Shown: piece by piece, positions 19,351 to 28,779 of the stretch
How the letters are laid out: every line of letters starts with the position of its first letter
Numbering within the stretch: position 1 is the first letter of the stretch
NCBI GenBank assembly: GCA_046715235.1
Contig: JBKJZO010000040.1
Span: forward strand, 1 to 58,852
Length of the DNA: 58,852 bases
Source: Mycobacteriales bacterium
GTDB taxonomy: Bacteria > Actinomycetota > Actinomycetes > BP-191
Direction: 5' to 3'
Program-made: the position numbers and the translations under genes
Notes under the pieces: model-generated
What the model saw: the letters and a program-made list of their open reading frames with translations, nothing else
The model's database searches: none
Told to the model about the DNA's origin: nothing

Positions 19351-19654
19351 TCACGGCCCTCTGAAGGGCTCGATCGGGGCTAGGGCAACCTGTGCGGCGC
19401 TGGACCAACAATTAGGCTGAATTCTAGCCGACTCCAGCGACAGGAACGGGCATTGCGCCGGTCTGTGGAGGCGCGTGGCGATCCATCAGGGCCGGGGTCA
19501 TGTCCCCCCACGCGAGCCCGGGGCCTCAGAGCCTTCCTGGCCGCGCCAGCGACACCTGCTGCCGTTCTCCGTGATCTTCGGCCATCACCTCCGCCTGGGT
19601 GGTGCAGAAAGGGCCGAAGATCACGACTTTGGGCGCGGCGCGCTCAAACGCGGC

Positions 19655-20284
19655 TCAGCCGTAGGTGTCGCGCGGGCCGCGGCTGTCCGCCGTACGCCAT
19701 TCGCCTTTAGGGTGGGCCGGTCCGGCCGGGCCGTGGATCCGCAGCTTCGAGACCGTCGCCACGCCCACCTCCGCCTGGATGCGGCTGAGCAAAGTGCTCG
19801 AGAGCAGCCGCAGCTGGGTTGCCCACGCGGTCGATTCGGCCTGTACGACGAGCTCCCCGTCATTGAGGGACACAGGAGACGCGTGCGCGGCGACGTCGGC
19901 GCCGACGAGATGGTCCCAGCGGCTCAGGACCGAGGCGCTCTTGAGCTCGGACTTCCAGCCCCGCGCGGCGAGCAGCGCCTCGATCGCCGCGCCGAACCCG
20001 ACCGGCTCCGCGCTGTCGCCAGGAGCGCGCTTGCGCATGCGCCGCAGCTCCGCCCGCTTGTCGGCGGCCATCCGCCGAGCCGCCGGCGACGCCGCGCGCC
20101 GGCGATCGGCCTCGGCCTTGACCTGCGCCAGCATCGATCGGGCGAGATCCGGACCCGTCACCGGTGCCTGCGGTACGTCGGACTCCTCGCCTTCGAGTTC
20201 GGCGTTGCCGTCGCCGATCATGTCATCGTGGCCATCGCCGTCGGCGGCGACGCACTCGTCGTCGGGCCGGCCATCAGCGGACAC
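19655..20284 (-). CDS. DUF721-domain protein (DciA-type, Rv0004-like)
   Basis: The C-terminal domain reads [47 protein letters not shown]. It occupies the conserved slot between recF and gyrB. The start overlaps the recF 3' end by 11 nt. Confidence 0.8.
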   Translation of the reverse strand: MSADGRPDDECVAADGDGHDDMIGDGNAELEGEESDVPQAPVTGPDLARSMLAQVKAEADRRRAASPAARRMAADKRAELRRMRKRAPGDSAEPVGFGAAIEALLAARGWKSELKSASVLSRWDHLVGADVAAHASPVSLNDGELVVQAESTAWATQLRLLSSTLLSRIQAEVGVATVSKLRIHGPAGPAHPKGEWRTADSRGPRDTYG

Positions 20285-21410
20285 GCGTCACCTCGCCACC
20301 CATCACGTCGAAGCGGGCTCCGACCAGTTGCTCGGGCACGTCCTCGACCACGGCGGCCGTGACCAGCACCTGCTCGCGGCTGGAAACCAGATCGGCCAGC
20401 CGGTCGCGGCGGCGAGTGTCGAGCTCGGCGAACACATCGTCGAGCACCAGAACCGGCTCGCCGCCATCGGCGGCCAGCAGGTCGTGAGACGCGAGCCGCA
20501 GCGCCAGTGCCAGCGACCATGACTCGCCGTGACTCGCGTAGCCCTTCGCCGGGAAGTCCCCGATCGACAGGACCAGGTCGTCACGATGCGGCCCGACCAG
20601 CGAAACGCCGCGCTCGAGCTCTTGCGGCCGCAACCTCGACACCTCGGCGGCGATCGCTGCCGCGAGCAGATCGCGATCGGGTACGAGCGGCGTGTCCGGT
20701 CCTATGGACGACTTGTAGTCGAGCGCGGTCGGGCCACTGCCGCCGGAGACGGCGTCGTACGCCTTATCTACCAGGGGTCTCAGTGAATCGACGATCTCGA
20801 TTCGGCCCGCAAGCAGCTCGGCGCCATAGCGCGCGAGGTGCTCGTCCCACGTGTCGAGAGTGCGGAGGTCACCCCCGCCGCTGCGCTGCGCACGTACCGC
20901 CGCACCCGACGACTTCAGTAGGGTGTTGCGCTGCTTTAGCACTCGCTCGTAGTCGGCCCGGACCGCGTAGTAGCGCGGCGACCGCGCGATCAGCAGGTCA
21001 TCGAGGAAACGCCGGCGGGAGTCTGGATCGCCCTTGACCAGGGCCAGATCCTCCGGCGCGAACAGCACAGTCCGCAGCACGCCGAGCACCTCGCGCGGGC
21101 GCGGCACGGGCGAGCGGTTGATGCGAGCACGGTTGGCCTTGCCCGGGTTGATCTCGATCTCGACGAGCGTTGCCCGCCCGTCGCGGTGTACCTCACACCG
21201 AACGATCGCGCGCTCGGCCCCTTGCCGGACCAGCGGCGTAGCGGAGGACACCCGATGGCTGTCGAGGGTGGCGACATAGCCGAGAGCCTCGACGAGGTTG
21301 GTCTTGCCTTGGCCGTTGGGCCCGATGAACGCCGTCGGCCCCGGCGTGAGCTCGACGAGTGCCTCCGCGTAGCTGCGGAAATCGTTGACGGCAAGCTTGG
21401 AGACGAACAC
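20274..21410 (-). CDS. recF: DNA replication/repair protein RecF
   Basis: [43 protein letters not shown] (Walker A), an SMC-like signature, and ...[13 protein letters not shown]. Confidence 0.95.
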   Translation of the reverse strand: MFVSKLAVNDFRSYAEALVELTPGPTAFIGPNGQGKTNLVEALGYVATLDSHRVSSATPLVRQGAERAIVRCEVHRDGRATLVEIEINPGKANRARINRSPVPRPREVLGVLRTVLFAPEDLALVKGDPDSRRRFLDDLLIARSPRYYAVRADYERVLKQRNTLLKSSGAAVRAQRSGGGDLRTLDTWDEHLARYGAELLAGRIEIVDSLRPLVDKAYDAVSGGSGPTALDYKSSIGPDTPLVPDRDLLAAAIAAEVSRLRPQELERGVSLVGPHRDDLVLSIGDFPAKGYASHGESWSLALALRLASHDLLAADGGEPVLVLDDVFAELDTRRRDRLADLVSSREQVLVTAAVVEDVPEQLVGARFDVMGGEVTRVR

Positions 21411-21412
21411 GG

Positions 21413-22351
21413 CTAGCCGGTCGCCTCGCCCTCGGCGGCCTCGCGAGCCTCGGTCTCCGGACCCGTCTCCGGTTCCGGCTCGGTCGCCTTAGTGGCGTGC
21501 CCCCCGAACTGCTTACGCAAGCTGGCGATGACGCGCATCGCCTCCGACTCCTCCTGTCGCGACGCAAACCGTGCGAACAGCGACGCCGAGATGACATTGA
21601 GCGGTACGCCGAGCCGGATCGCTTCCTGCACCGTCCAGCGGCCTTCACCCGAGTCGTCGGAATAGCCGCTTACGCTCTCCAGACCTGGATCCTCCTTCAG
21701 GGCTTTCGCCAGCAGGTCGAGCAACCACGACCGTACGACGGTGCCGTGCCGCCAGGATTCGACGACCTGCGCGAGTGGGATCTCGAACTCGCTCTTGGAC
21801 AGCAGCTCGAAGCCCTCGGCGTACGAGTGCATCAGGCCATACTCGATGCCGTTGTGCACCATCTTCGTGTAGTGCCCCGCGCCGCATGCCCCGGCGTGCA
21901 CGAAGCCGTCCTGCTCGGGCTTGAGCGCGTCGAAGATCGGCTGCACCTTCGCGACGTCCTCAGCGCTGCCGCCGACCATGAGCGCGTAGCCCTCTTTCAG
22001 ACCCCAGATGCCGCCGCTGACGCCGGCGTCGACGAAGCCGATGCCGCGCGCGGAAGCCGCTTCGCCGCGACGTACCGAATCGACGTAGTAGGAGTTGCCG
22101 CCTTCCACGATTACGTCACCTGGCGACAGCAGCGCGAGTAGCTCCTCGACCGTCTTCTCGGTCGGGTCGCCGGCCGGCACCATCACCCAGACGACCCTGG
22201 GTGCGGTCAGGGCCGCGGCCAGGCCGGCGAGTGAATCGACGTCGCGGCGCCCGGGGTCACGGTCAAAACCGACGACATCATGGCCGGCGGCTCGCAGCCG
22301 CTCGGACATGTTGCCGCCCATCTTGCCCAGGCCCACCATGCCCAGCTGCAC
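21413..22351 (-). CDS. gnd: 6-phosphogluconate dehydrogenase-like protein (decarboxylating, short Gnd/YqeC type)
   Basis: [32 protein letters not shown] is the NAD(P) fold, and ...[16 protein letters not shown] is present. The slot between dnaN and recF is usual in actinobacteria. Confidence 0.9.
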   Translation of the reverse strand: MQLGMVGLGKMGGNMSERLRAAGHDVVGFDRDPGRRDVDSLAGLAAALTAPRVVWVMVPAGDPTEKTVEELLALLSPGDVIVEGGNSYYVDSVRRGEAASARGIGFVDAGVSGGIWGLKEGYALMVGGSAEDVAKVQPIFDALKPEQDGFVHAGACGAGHYTKMVHNGIEYGLMHSYAEGFELLSKSEFEIPLAQVVESWRHGTVVRSWLLDLLAKALKEDPGLESVSGYSDDSGEGRWTVQEAIRLGVPLNVISASLFARFASRQEESEAMRVIASLRKQFGGHATKATEPEPETGPETEAREAAEGEATG

Positions 22352-22397
22352 CCGGGTGCTCCTTCCAGCAGGTATGAGAGACGCCGGAATCGAGGCT

Positions 22398-23528
22398 TTA
22401 TCCGGAAAGGCGAACAGGCATCAACATGTAGCGGTAGTCGGACTCCTTGCCGGCGATGACCGCCGGCTTGACCGCGCCGTTGAACGACATGTGCGCCTGA
22501 TCGGAGTCGAGTGCGCCGAGTCCGTCGAGAAGGTAGGTCGGGTTGAAGGCGATCGTCATCGGCTCGCCTTCGTAGCCGACCTCGATGGCCTCGGACGCCT
22601 GCGCCTCGCCGCCGCTACCCGCTTCGAGCACCAACTCATCGGGGCCGAAGGACAGCCGGATCGGCGTATTCCGTTGTGCCACAAGGGAAACTCGCTTTAC
22701 TGCCTCGACCAACTGCGTTGTCGTCAGTCGCGCGCTCGAGCCGAATTCACTCGGCAGCAGCGAGCGGTACTTGGGGAACTCACCCTCGAGCAGCCGGGTT
22801 GTCGTACGCCGCGCACCGCCAGCGAAGCCCGCCATGCCTTCGCCTTGTGCCCCCGTGCCGAGAGCGATCGAGACCTCTGCGCCGGTGCCGGCGAGGGTCT
22901 TGGCTGCCTCATTGAGGGTGCGCGCGGGGATCAATGCCGTCGTTGCGCCGGCTGGATTCTCGGGACGCCATTTGATGTCGCGGATGGCCAGCCGGTAGCG
23001 GTCGGTCGCCGCCAGCGTCAGCTGCTCGCCATCGACCTCGACGCGGATGCCGGTGAGCACCGGCAACGTGTCGTCCTTGCCCGCCGCGACGAACACCTGG
23101 GCGACGGCGGCGGCAAAGGCGTCACTCGCGATCTTGCCGGCTGCCTGCGGCATCGGTGGCAGGGTCGGGTAGTCCTCGACCGGCAGGGTCGGCAGCGTGA
23201 ACCGCGCCGCGCCGCAGGTCAGAACCACACGTGATCCGTCGGCTTCGAGCTCGACTGGTGCGGCAGGCAGGCTGCGGGTGATCTCGGAGAGCAGCCGGCC
23301 GGACACCAAGGCGCGCCCGCCCGAACTGGCCTGGCACTCGAGCATCGCCTCGGCGGACACCTCGTAGTCGAACCCCGACAGACGCAGTTCGTGCCCGGTG
23401 ACGTCGATCAGCAACCCGGCCAGGACTGGCACGGCGGGACGCGCCGGCAGGCTGCGCGCCGTCCAGGCAACCGCATCAGCGAAGTCATCTCGCTCAACTC
23501 GGAACTTCACGTGCGTCCTGCCTTCCAT
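22398..23528 (-). CDS. dnaN: DNA polymerase III beta sliding clamp
   Basis: 376 aa: KFRVERDDFADAVAWTARSLPARPAVPVLAGLLI... The more typical start is GTG 23510 (MKFRVERD). Confidence 0.97.
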   Translation of the reverse strand: MEGRTHVKFRVERDDFADAVAWTARSLPARPAVPVLAGLLIDVTGHELRLSGFDYEVSAEAMLECQASSGGRALVSGRLLSEITRSLPAAPVELEADGSRVVLTCGAARFTLPTLPVEDYPTLPPMPQAAGKIASDAFAAAVAQVFVAAGKDDTLPVLTGIRVEVDGEQLTLAATDRYRLAIRDIKWRPENPAGATTALIPARTLNEAAKTLAGTGAEVSIALGTGAQGEGMAGFAGGARRTTTRLLEGEFPKYRSLLPSEFGSSARLTTTQLVEAVKRVSLVAQRNTPIRLSFGPDELVLEAGSGGEAQASEAIEVGYEGEPMTIAFNPTYLLDGLGALDSDQAHMSFNGAVKPAVIAGKESDYRYMLMPVRLSG

Positions 23529-23815
23529 CGGACCTGGTCCCCAGCCCGGGTGGGTCCCTCTTGTTGTTCTTCTAGCTCTCTTAGAGAAGTACTACTCGCC
23601 ACCATAGGGAAGCCGAAACTGTGCACAAGCGGCGTCAGTGCAGGTCAGCGCCATGATCACGCTGTTTCAAACTGTGTACGGCGGCAGTGCACAACGGTGC
23701 AGGTCGCAGGATCGCTGCGCCGTCCCCAAGTTGCCCCAGGCCGACCCACCGGCTTTCCACACGCTTGTCCACACCTGTGCACCACGTGATCTTGTGGTCA
23801 GCGTGGGACAAACCG
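23529..23815. other. Candidate oriC module (dnaA-dnaN intergenic) with a DnaA box and an AT-rich unwinding candidate
   Basis: There is a perfect TTGTCCACA at 23765-23773. Degenerate boxes are cTtTCCACA (23753-23761) and cTGTgCACA (23619-23627). The stretch 23561-23596 (TTGTTGTTCTTCTAGCTCTCTTAGAGAAGTACTACT) has 13 G/C in 36 nt, within an otherwise GC-rich window. Confidence 0.55.
23765..23773 (+). promoter_or_regulatory. DnaA box, perfect actinobacterial consensus TTGTCCACA
   Basis: Read directly from the sequence. It lies 43 nt downstream of the dnaA stop. Confidence 0.7.
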
Positions 23816-25285
23816 TCACGCATGCCGCGCCCGGATTTTGATGCGGTTGGTGAGCTCGGTGACTTGGTTGTAGATCGAACGACGTTCGGCCATCAGCGAG
23901 CGGATCTTCCGGTCGGCGTGCATGACCGTCGTGTGGTCACGGCCACCGAACGCCTGGCCGATCTTCGGCAGCGACATGTCGGTGAGCTCGCGGCAGAGGT
24001 ACATCGCGATCTGGCGGGCCGTCACCAGCACCCGCGACCGTGAGGACCCGCATAGATCCTCCATCGACAGGCCGAAGTACGCGGCCGTCGCCGCCATGAT
24101 CGTCGACGCGGTGATCTCGGGGCCGCTCTGGTCGGTGATGAGGTCCTTGAGGACGATCACAGCCAAATCGAGGGACACGTTCTGCCGGTTGAGGCTGGCG
24201 AACGCGGTCACCCTGATCAGGGCGCCCTCGAGTTCGCGGATGTTGCTCTGAATCTTGCTGGCAATGTATTCGAGGACCTCGGGGGGTGCGCCGAGCCGCT
24301 CCTGTGCCGCCTTCTTGCGCAGGATCGCGATGCGCGTCTCGAGATCGGGCGGCTGGATGTCAGTGATCAGGCCCCACTCGAACCGGTTGCGCAACCGGTC
24401 CTCCAGCGTCGAGAGCTGCTTAGGCGGCCGGTCCGAGCTGATAACGATCTGCTTGTTGGCGTTATGCAGTGTGTTGAACGTGTGGAAGAACTCCTCTTGC
24501 GTGCGCTCTTTGTTCTCGAGGAACTGGATGTCGTCGACGAGCAGGATGTCGACGTCGCGGTAGCGCCGCTGGAAAGCGCCTGCTTTGTCGTCGCGGATTG
24601 AGTTGATGAAGTCGTTGGTGAATTCCTCAGAGCTGACGTAGCGCACTCGCTGTCCGTGGAACAGGCTCGTGGCGTAGTGCCCGATCGCATGCAGAAGGTG
24701 GGTCTTGCCCAGGCCACTCTCGCCGTAGACGAACAGAGGGTTGTAGGCCTTGGCCGGCGCCTCGGCAACAGCGACCGCAGCGGCGTGCGCGAACCTGTTG
24801 CTCGACCCGATGACGAACGTCTCGAAAGTGTATTTCGGGTTGAGGCGCGTCGGTTCGGCAGGTTTCTGACCGGAGACATCGCGGCCCATGTTGGCGGTCG
24901 GGGCTGGAGGAGCCGGCGCCTCGACCGGACCAGGATCGATGTCGATGCTCTGCTGGTGGCTTAGGTCGCCTTCTTGCGGCGCGACGGTGACCGCGACGCG
25001 GATCTGACGGCCGAGCTCGGTGGAGAGCGCGCCGGCGATGATCGGCCGGAACCGCGTCTCGAGCAAGTCCTTGGTGAACTCGTTGGGCGCCGCGAGCAGC
25101 GCGGTGTCCTCGACCAGGCCCAGCGGCCGAGTCAGCGAGATCCACGCTCGGTTTTGCGCGTTCAGTACGCCGTCGGAGAGCCCATCGAGCGAGCGCTCCC
25201 ACACCGCGACCAGATCGATCGTGTCTTCAGCCACGCGCGGTGTCCTCTCGTCTGTCATGTCCACAGCCAGCCGGGTGCGGCTCAC
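23816..25285 (-). CDS. dnaA: Chromosomal replication initiator DnaA
   Basis: 489 aa: AAA+ motif [21 protein letters not shown], then ...[21 protein letters not shown], and a C-terminal HTH domain ...[11 protein letters not shown]. Alternative start ATG 25258 (MTDERT). Confidence 0.98.
   Translation of the reverse strand: MSRTRLAVDMTDERTPRVAEDTIDLVAVWERSLDGLSDGVLNAQNRAWISLTRPLGLVEDTALLAAPNEFTKDLLETRFRPIIAGALSTELGRQIRVAVTVAPQEGDLSHQQSIDIDPGPVEAPAPPAPTANMGRDVSGQKPAEPTRLNPKYTFETFVIGSSNRFAHAAAVAVAEAPAKAYNPLFVYGESGLGKTHLLHAIGHYATSLFHGQRVRYVSSEEFTNDFINSIRDDKAGAFQRRYRDVDILLVDDIQFLENKERTQEEFFHTFNTLHNANKQIVISSDRPPKQLSTLEDRLRNRFEWGLITDIQPPDLETRIAILRKKAAQERLGAPPEVLEYIASKIQSNIRELEGALIRVTAFASLNRQNVSLDLAVIVLKDLITDQSGPEITASTIMAATAAYFGLSMEDLCGSSRSRVLVTARQIAMYLCRELTDMSLPKIGQAFGGRDHTTVMHADRKIRSLMAERRSIYNQVTELTNRIKIRARHA
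25257..25265 (+). promoter_or_regulatory. DnaA-box-like site (aTGTCCACA) overlapping the alternative dnaA start codon
   Basis: One mismatch to TTGTCCACA. It overlaps the CAT (25256-25258) that encodes the internal ATG. Confidence 0.4.
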
Positions 25286-25321
25286 CGCGCGTGGAACGGC
25301 CGTGACGTGCGCACTTGTGCG

Positions 25322-25354
25322 TCGTCCACCCGCTCGTCCACATCGTCATCCACA
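25322..25354 (+). promoter_or_regulatory. Three head-to-tail DnaA-box-like motifs with a 12-bp period, upstream of dnaA
   Basis: TcGTCCACc (25322-25330), TcGTCCACA (25334-25342) and TcaTCCACA (25346-25354). Each has 1-2 mismatches to TTGTCCACA. All share one orientation and their starts are exactly 12 bp apart. Confidence 0.55.
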
Positions 25355-25563
25355 TCCTGTGCACGCGCTCAGTTGACTGCGTGGTCACGCACCGCGTGCG
25401 GCGAAGCGGCCGGCGGACGCACCGGCGCAGATCGCTGCGTCCTAGTCAAACCGGCCGGGTTCACGACGAAACGGGTCAACTAGGACGTGCTACAGGAGGG
25501 GAGCCTGCGGGGAAGTCACGGCGCGGGGCGACGATAGCCTGCGGCGGGAACCCCAGTCCAGGG

Positions 25564-25572
25564 TTGTCCACA
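25564..25572 (+). promoter_or_regulatory. DnaA box, perfect TTGTCCACA, in the rpmH-dnaA intergenic region
   Basis: Read directly from the sequence (GGGTTGTCCACAGCC). Confidence 0.65.
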
Positions 25573-25724
25573 GCCTTTCGGGACGACACGCTGAACGGGC
25601 TGCGTGCGGTGTTTGACCCCCCTTGGCGCCGTGACTATCGTGTGGCAGTCGTATGCCGGTACTCGGGACGCGCACATGCGGCCCGCAATTCGACCGTGCC
25701 GACTTTCTTCCAGTGGGAGCCTTC

Positions 25725-25862
25725 GTGAGCAAGCGCACGTTCCAGCCGAACAACCGCCGCCGTGCCAAAACACACGGCTTCCGGCTGCGCATGCGCACCC
25801 GCGCGGGCCGCGCGATCCTCGCCGCCCGGCGCGCCAAGGGCCGCCGGGAGTTGTCGGCCTGA
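25725..25862 (+). CDS. rpmH: 50S ribosomal protein L34
   Basis: GTG start with GGGAG 5 nt upstream. Product (M)[44 protein letters not shown], 45 aa. Confidence 0.95.
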   Translation: MSKRTFQPNNRRRAKTHGFRLRMRTRAGRAILAARRAKGRRELSA

Positions 25863-25863
25863 C

Positions 25864-26223
25864 GTGCTGCCGGCTGCCTCGCGATTGCGGCACCGTGACG
25901 AGTTCTCCGCGGTACTGCGACGCGGACGGCGCGCGGCTAGTGGTGTTCTCGTCGTCCATCTCCTCGAGCCCGGCGTCGATGCGCCGCCCGCGCCCGCAAA
26001 GGCTGGGTTCCTCGTTGGCCGAGTGGTCGGCAACGCCGTGACCCGCAACAAGACCCGCCGGCGGCTGCGGCACCTCACCGGCGCTCGGTTGGGTTCAATG
26101 CCCGACGGCAGCACGGTCGTTGTGCGCGCGCTACCGGGTGCTTCGACCGCGAGCTTTGCTGAGCTGGAGCGCGCCTTCGACGGCGCCTGGCGCCGGTTGC
26201 CACGGAAGGTGGCATCTTCATGA
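25864..26223 (+). CDS. rnpA: Ribonuclease P protein component
   Basis: GTG 25864 lies 1 nt after the rpmH stop. [17 protein letters not shown]...[16 protein letters not shown] is the RnpA RNR motif. Confidence 0.9.
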   Translation: MLPAASRLRHRDEFSAVLRRGRRAASGVLVVHLLEPGVDAPPAPAKAGFLVGRVVGNAVTRNKTRRRLRHLTGARLGSMPDGSTVVVRALPGASTASFAELERAFDGAWRRLPRKVASS

Positions 26224-26495
26224 CCGCGCGCAATCCAGGTGTGGCACTTCTGGTGCTGATCGTGCGTTGCTACCGCCGTGCGATCAGCCCGCTGCTCGGT
26301 GCCCGGTGCCGCTTCTACCCGAGCTGCAGCGCGTACGCCGAGGAAGCACTGCTCCGGCACGGCGTCCTGCGTGGTGGCTGGCTGACCGTGCGCCGGCTCT
26401 CGAGATGCCACCCCTTCAACCCGGGCGGAATCGACGCGGTGCCCGCGTCGGCGTCCACGCCTAGTACCGTGACGCACCGCCGCCACGCGGCCTGA
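26220..26495 (+). CDS. yidD: Membrane protein insertion efficiency factor YidD
   Basis: [31 protein letters not shown]...[18 protein letters not shown]. The ATGA overlaps the rnpA stop. Confidence 0.9.
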   Translation: MTARNPGVALLVLIVRCYRRAISPLLGARCRFYPSCSAYAEEALLRHGVLRGGWLTVRRLSRCHPFNPGGIDAVPASASTPSTVTHRRHAA

Positions 26496-26517
26496 ACCCA
26501 GACCTGGAGCTCTTTTC

Positions 26518-27555
26518 GTGTTCGACTTTCTCGCCACACCCATAGCGCAGGCGATTGATGCGATCCATGGGGTGACTCAGCACGTCGGCGGCCCCGGTAG
26601 CGGTGCCTCGTGGGCGCTAGCGATCGTGCTACTGACCGTCGTCGTACGACTGCTGCTCTTCCCTCTGTTCGTCAAGCAGATCCACTCGCAGCGCAAGATG
26701 CAGGCCCTGCAGCCGAAGATGAAGGAGCTGCAGGCCAAGCACAAGGGCGACCGCGAGACGCTCAACCAAGAAATGATGAAGCTCTACAAGGAGCATGGCG
26801 CCAACCCGATCGCTGGCTGCCTGCCACTGATCCTGCAGATGCCCGTCTTCTTCGCGCTTTTCACCGTGCTGCGCAGCTTTACGCCGGTGGCACGCGCAAC
26901 GGCCGAGGCCTGCAACGGCACGTTCATCGAAGGCGGCTACTGTTTCCGCGCCGCCTTTGGTATCGACGCGGAGACGGTTGCGCAGGCGGGTCAGGCCAAA
27001 GTTTTCGGGGCTCCCATCGCGTCGAACTTCCTGTCGAATCCGAACATTCTCAAGGCGCTCGACACCTCCTCGACCGTGGTCAAGGCGGTGACGCTGGGGT
27101 TCATCCTGTTCATGGGCGTCTCGACGTTCATCACGCAGAAGCAGCTGATGGCCAAAAATGGTGTCGTCGAGGGCCCCGCCGCGACTCAGCAGAAGGTCCT
27201 GCTCTACGTCATGCCGGTGATGCTCGCGGTCTTCGGCATCAACGTCGCGCTCGGCGTGCTGGTCTACTGGTCGACGACCAACGTGTGGTCGATGGCACAG
27301 CAACGGGTCGTTATCGCGAAGATGGGCGAGGTGACTCCGGCCACGACGGATCGTCCACCGGTGGTGCCGCCGCTCCCGACCGGCTCGAAGCCGCAAGCCA
27401 ACAGGCCTTCGCCCAACGGCACGCCGGACACCGCGGGCACCCCTGACACAGAGAAACCGACCGAGGCCGTGAAACCGGCCCAGCCAGCGAAGCCGCCGGG
27501 CCCTGGTGCCAACCGAAACCGCAAGAAGGGGCAACGACGTGGTGGACGACGCTGA
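26518..27555 (+). CDS. yidC: Membrane protein insertase YidC
   Basis: LLFPLFVKQIHSQRKMQALQPKMKELQAKHKGDRETLNQEMMKLYKEHGANPIAGCLPLILQMPVFFAL, with a basic C-terminal tail. Confidence 0.95.
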   Translation: MFDFLATPIAQAIDAIHGVTQHVGGPGSGASWALAIVLLTVVVRLLLFPLFVKQIHSQRKMQALQPKMKELQAKHKGDRETLNQEMMKLYKEHGANPIAGCLPLILQMPVFFALFTVLRSFTPVARATAEACNGTFIEGGYCFRAAFGIDAETVAQAGQAKVFGAPIASNFLSNPNILKALDTSSTVVKAVTLGFILFMGVSTFITQKQLMAKNGVVEGPAATQQKVLLYVMPVMLAVFGINVALGVLVYWSTTNVWSMAQQRVVIAKMGEVTPATTDRPPVVPPLPTGSKPQANRPSPNGTPDTAGTPDTEKPTEAVKPAQPAKPPGPGANRNRKKGQRRGGRR

Positions 27556-28078
27556 GCAGGCCGCTGTAGCGGAGGTCGATGCCGGCGGTGAGACCGCGCC
27601 GGCAGCCCCCGGCAGCCGGGTGCTCGAGCTCGAGCACGAAGGGGAGATCGCGGCCGACTACCTCGAGGCGCTGCTCGACATCCTCGACATCGACGGCGAC
27701 CTCGACCTCGACGTCGAAGGCGACCGGGCCATCGTCGAGATCGTCGGTCGTGACCTGGATTCTCTGGTCGGTCCCAAGGGTGCCACCCTCGAGGCGCTGC
27801 AGGAGTTGACCCGCCTGGCCGTGTTGCAGCAGACAGGTGAGCGCAGCCGGCTGATGCTCGACGTGGGCGGCTTTCGTGCCCGCCGGCGGGCCGAGCTGAC
27901 CAAGCTCGGTGAAACCGTCGCCAAGCGGGTTGCCGAAACCGGCGAGCGCGAGCAGCTCGCGGCGATGACGCCGTTCGAGCGCAAGGTCGTCCACGACGCT
28001 GTAGCCGGGGTCGACGGCGTGGTCAGCGAGTCTGAGGGCGAGGAGCCGCAGCGACGGGTTGTCGTCCTGCCCGTCTAG
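27539..28078 (+). CDS. jag: Jag/KhpB-type KH + R3H RNA-binding protein
   Basis: Jag_N/KH region EGEIAADYLEALLDILDI...GPKGATLEALQELTRLAV, and R3H region MTPFERKVVHDAV. The GTG starts at 27539/27542 overlap the yidC 3' end. The in-frame part upstream of them lies wholly inside the yidC coding region, so I do not count it as Jag sequence. Confidence 0.85.
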   Translation: MVDDAEQAAVAEVDAGGETAPAAPGSRVLELEHEGEIAADYLEALLDILDIDGDLDLDVEGDRAIVEIVGRDLDSLVGPKGATLEALQELTRLAVLQQTGERSRLMLDVGGFRARRRAELTKLGETVAKRVAETGEREQLAAMTPFERKVVHDAVAGVDGVVSESEGEEPQRRVVVLPV

Positions 28079-28101
28079 GGTCCGGCCGCACGGCTGGTGA
28101 G

Positions 28102-28779
28102 GTGGCGAAGGTGCCTTCAGGGCCGCAGGTGAGCGCACCGCCCTCGGGTGCGCTGGTCGTATTCGGTGACCGGCTGCCCCTGGCGCAGCGATACGCCGAG
28201 CTGCTTGCCGGCGCTGGGGTGGAGCGCGGCCTGATCGGGCCCCGCGAAGCCGACCGCATCTGGGAGCGCCACCTTCTCAATTGCGCGGTGATCGAAGTCG
28301 CCATCGCGGGCCGCGCGCAGGTACTCGACATCGGTAGCGGGGCCGGCCTGCCCGGTGTCGTCCTGGCCATCGCCAGGCCCGACCTGCACATCGAGCTGGT
28401 CGAACCGATGGAACGCCGGACGGCGTTTCTCCGCGAGGTTGTTGCGGAGCTCGGCCTCAACGCCGTCACCGTGACCCGAGCGCGCGGCAGCGAGCTGAGT
28501 CGGCAGTGCGACGTCGTGACGGCGCGGGCCGTGGCACCGCTACGACGGCTGGTGCCGGAGGCGTTGGCGCTCGTTCGCCCCGGCGGGCGGCTGATCGCGA
28601 TCAAGGGGGAGAGCGCGGAGACGGAGCTGCACGACGCGCGTGGAGACATTGAGGCAGTCGGGGGCGGTTCCGCGCGCGTTTTGCGGTTCGGCGCCGACGT
28701 TCTCGAAGTGCCGACGACCGTTGTGTCGGTTGAGCGCATTGCCCGTGCCGCGCGTCGTCCGGGGGGTCGCGTTGCCTGA
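28102..28779 (+). CDS. rsmG: 16S rRNA (guanine527-N7)-methyltransferase RsmG (GidB)
   Basis: RIWERHLLNCAV...VLDIGSGAGLPGVVLAIARPDLHIELVEPMERRTAFL. Confidence 0.93.
   Translation: MAKVPSGPQVSAPPSGALVVFGDRLPLAQRYAELLAGAGVERGLIGPREADRIWERHLLNCAVIEVAIAGRAQVLDIGSGAGLPGVVLAIARPDLHIELVEPMERRTAFLREVVAELGLNAVTVTRARGSELSRQCDVVTARAVAPLRRLVPEALALVRPGGRLIAIKGESAETELHDARGDIEAVGGGSARVLRFGADVLEVPTTVVSVERIARAARRPGGRVA

Noticed and set aside
23561-23575. DnaA-trio array (CTC TTG TTG TTC TTC read as 3'-nAn-5' on the complementary strand)
   Set aside because: The central A periodicity holds for only about five triplets. I could not find the expected adjacent DnaA box plus GC-cluster arrangement, so this is too weak to call by eye.
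25635-26543. 302-aa minus-strand ORF across rpmH, rnpA and yidD
   Set aside because: It is antisense to three short genes with unmistakable motifs, and its product is Arg-rich low complexity.
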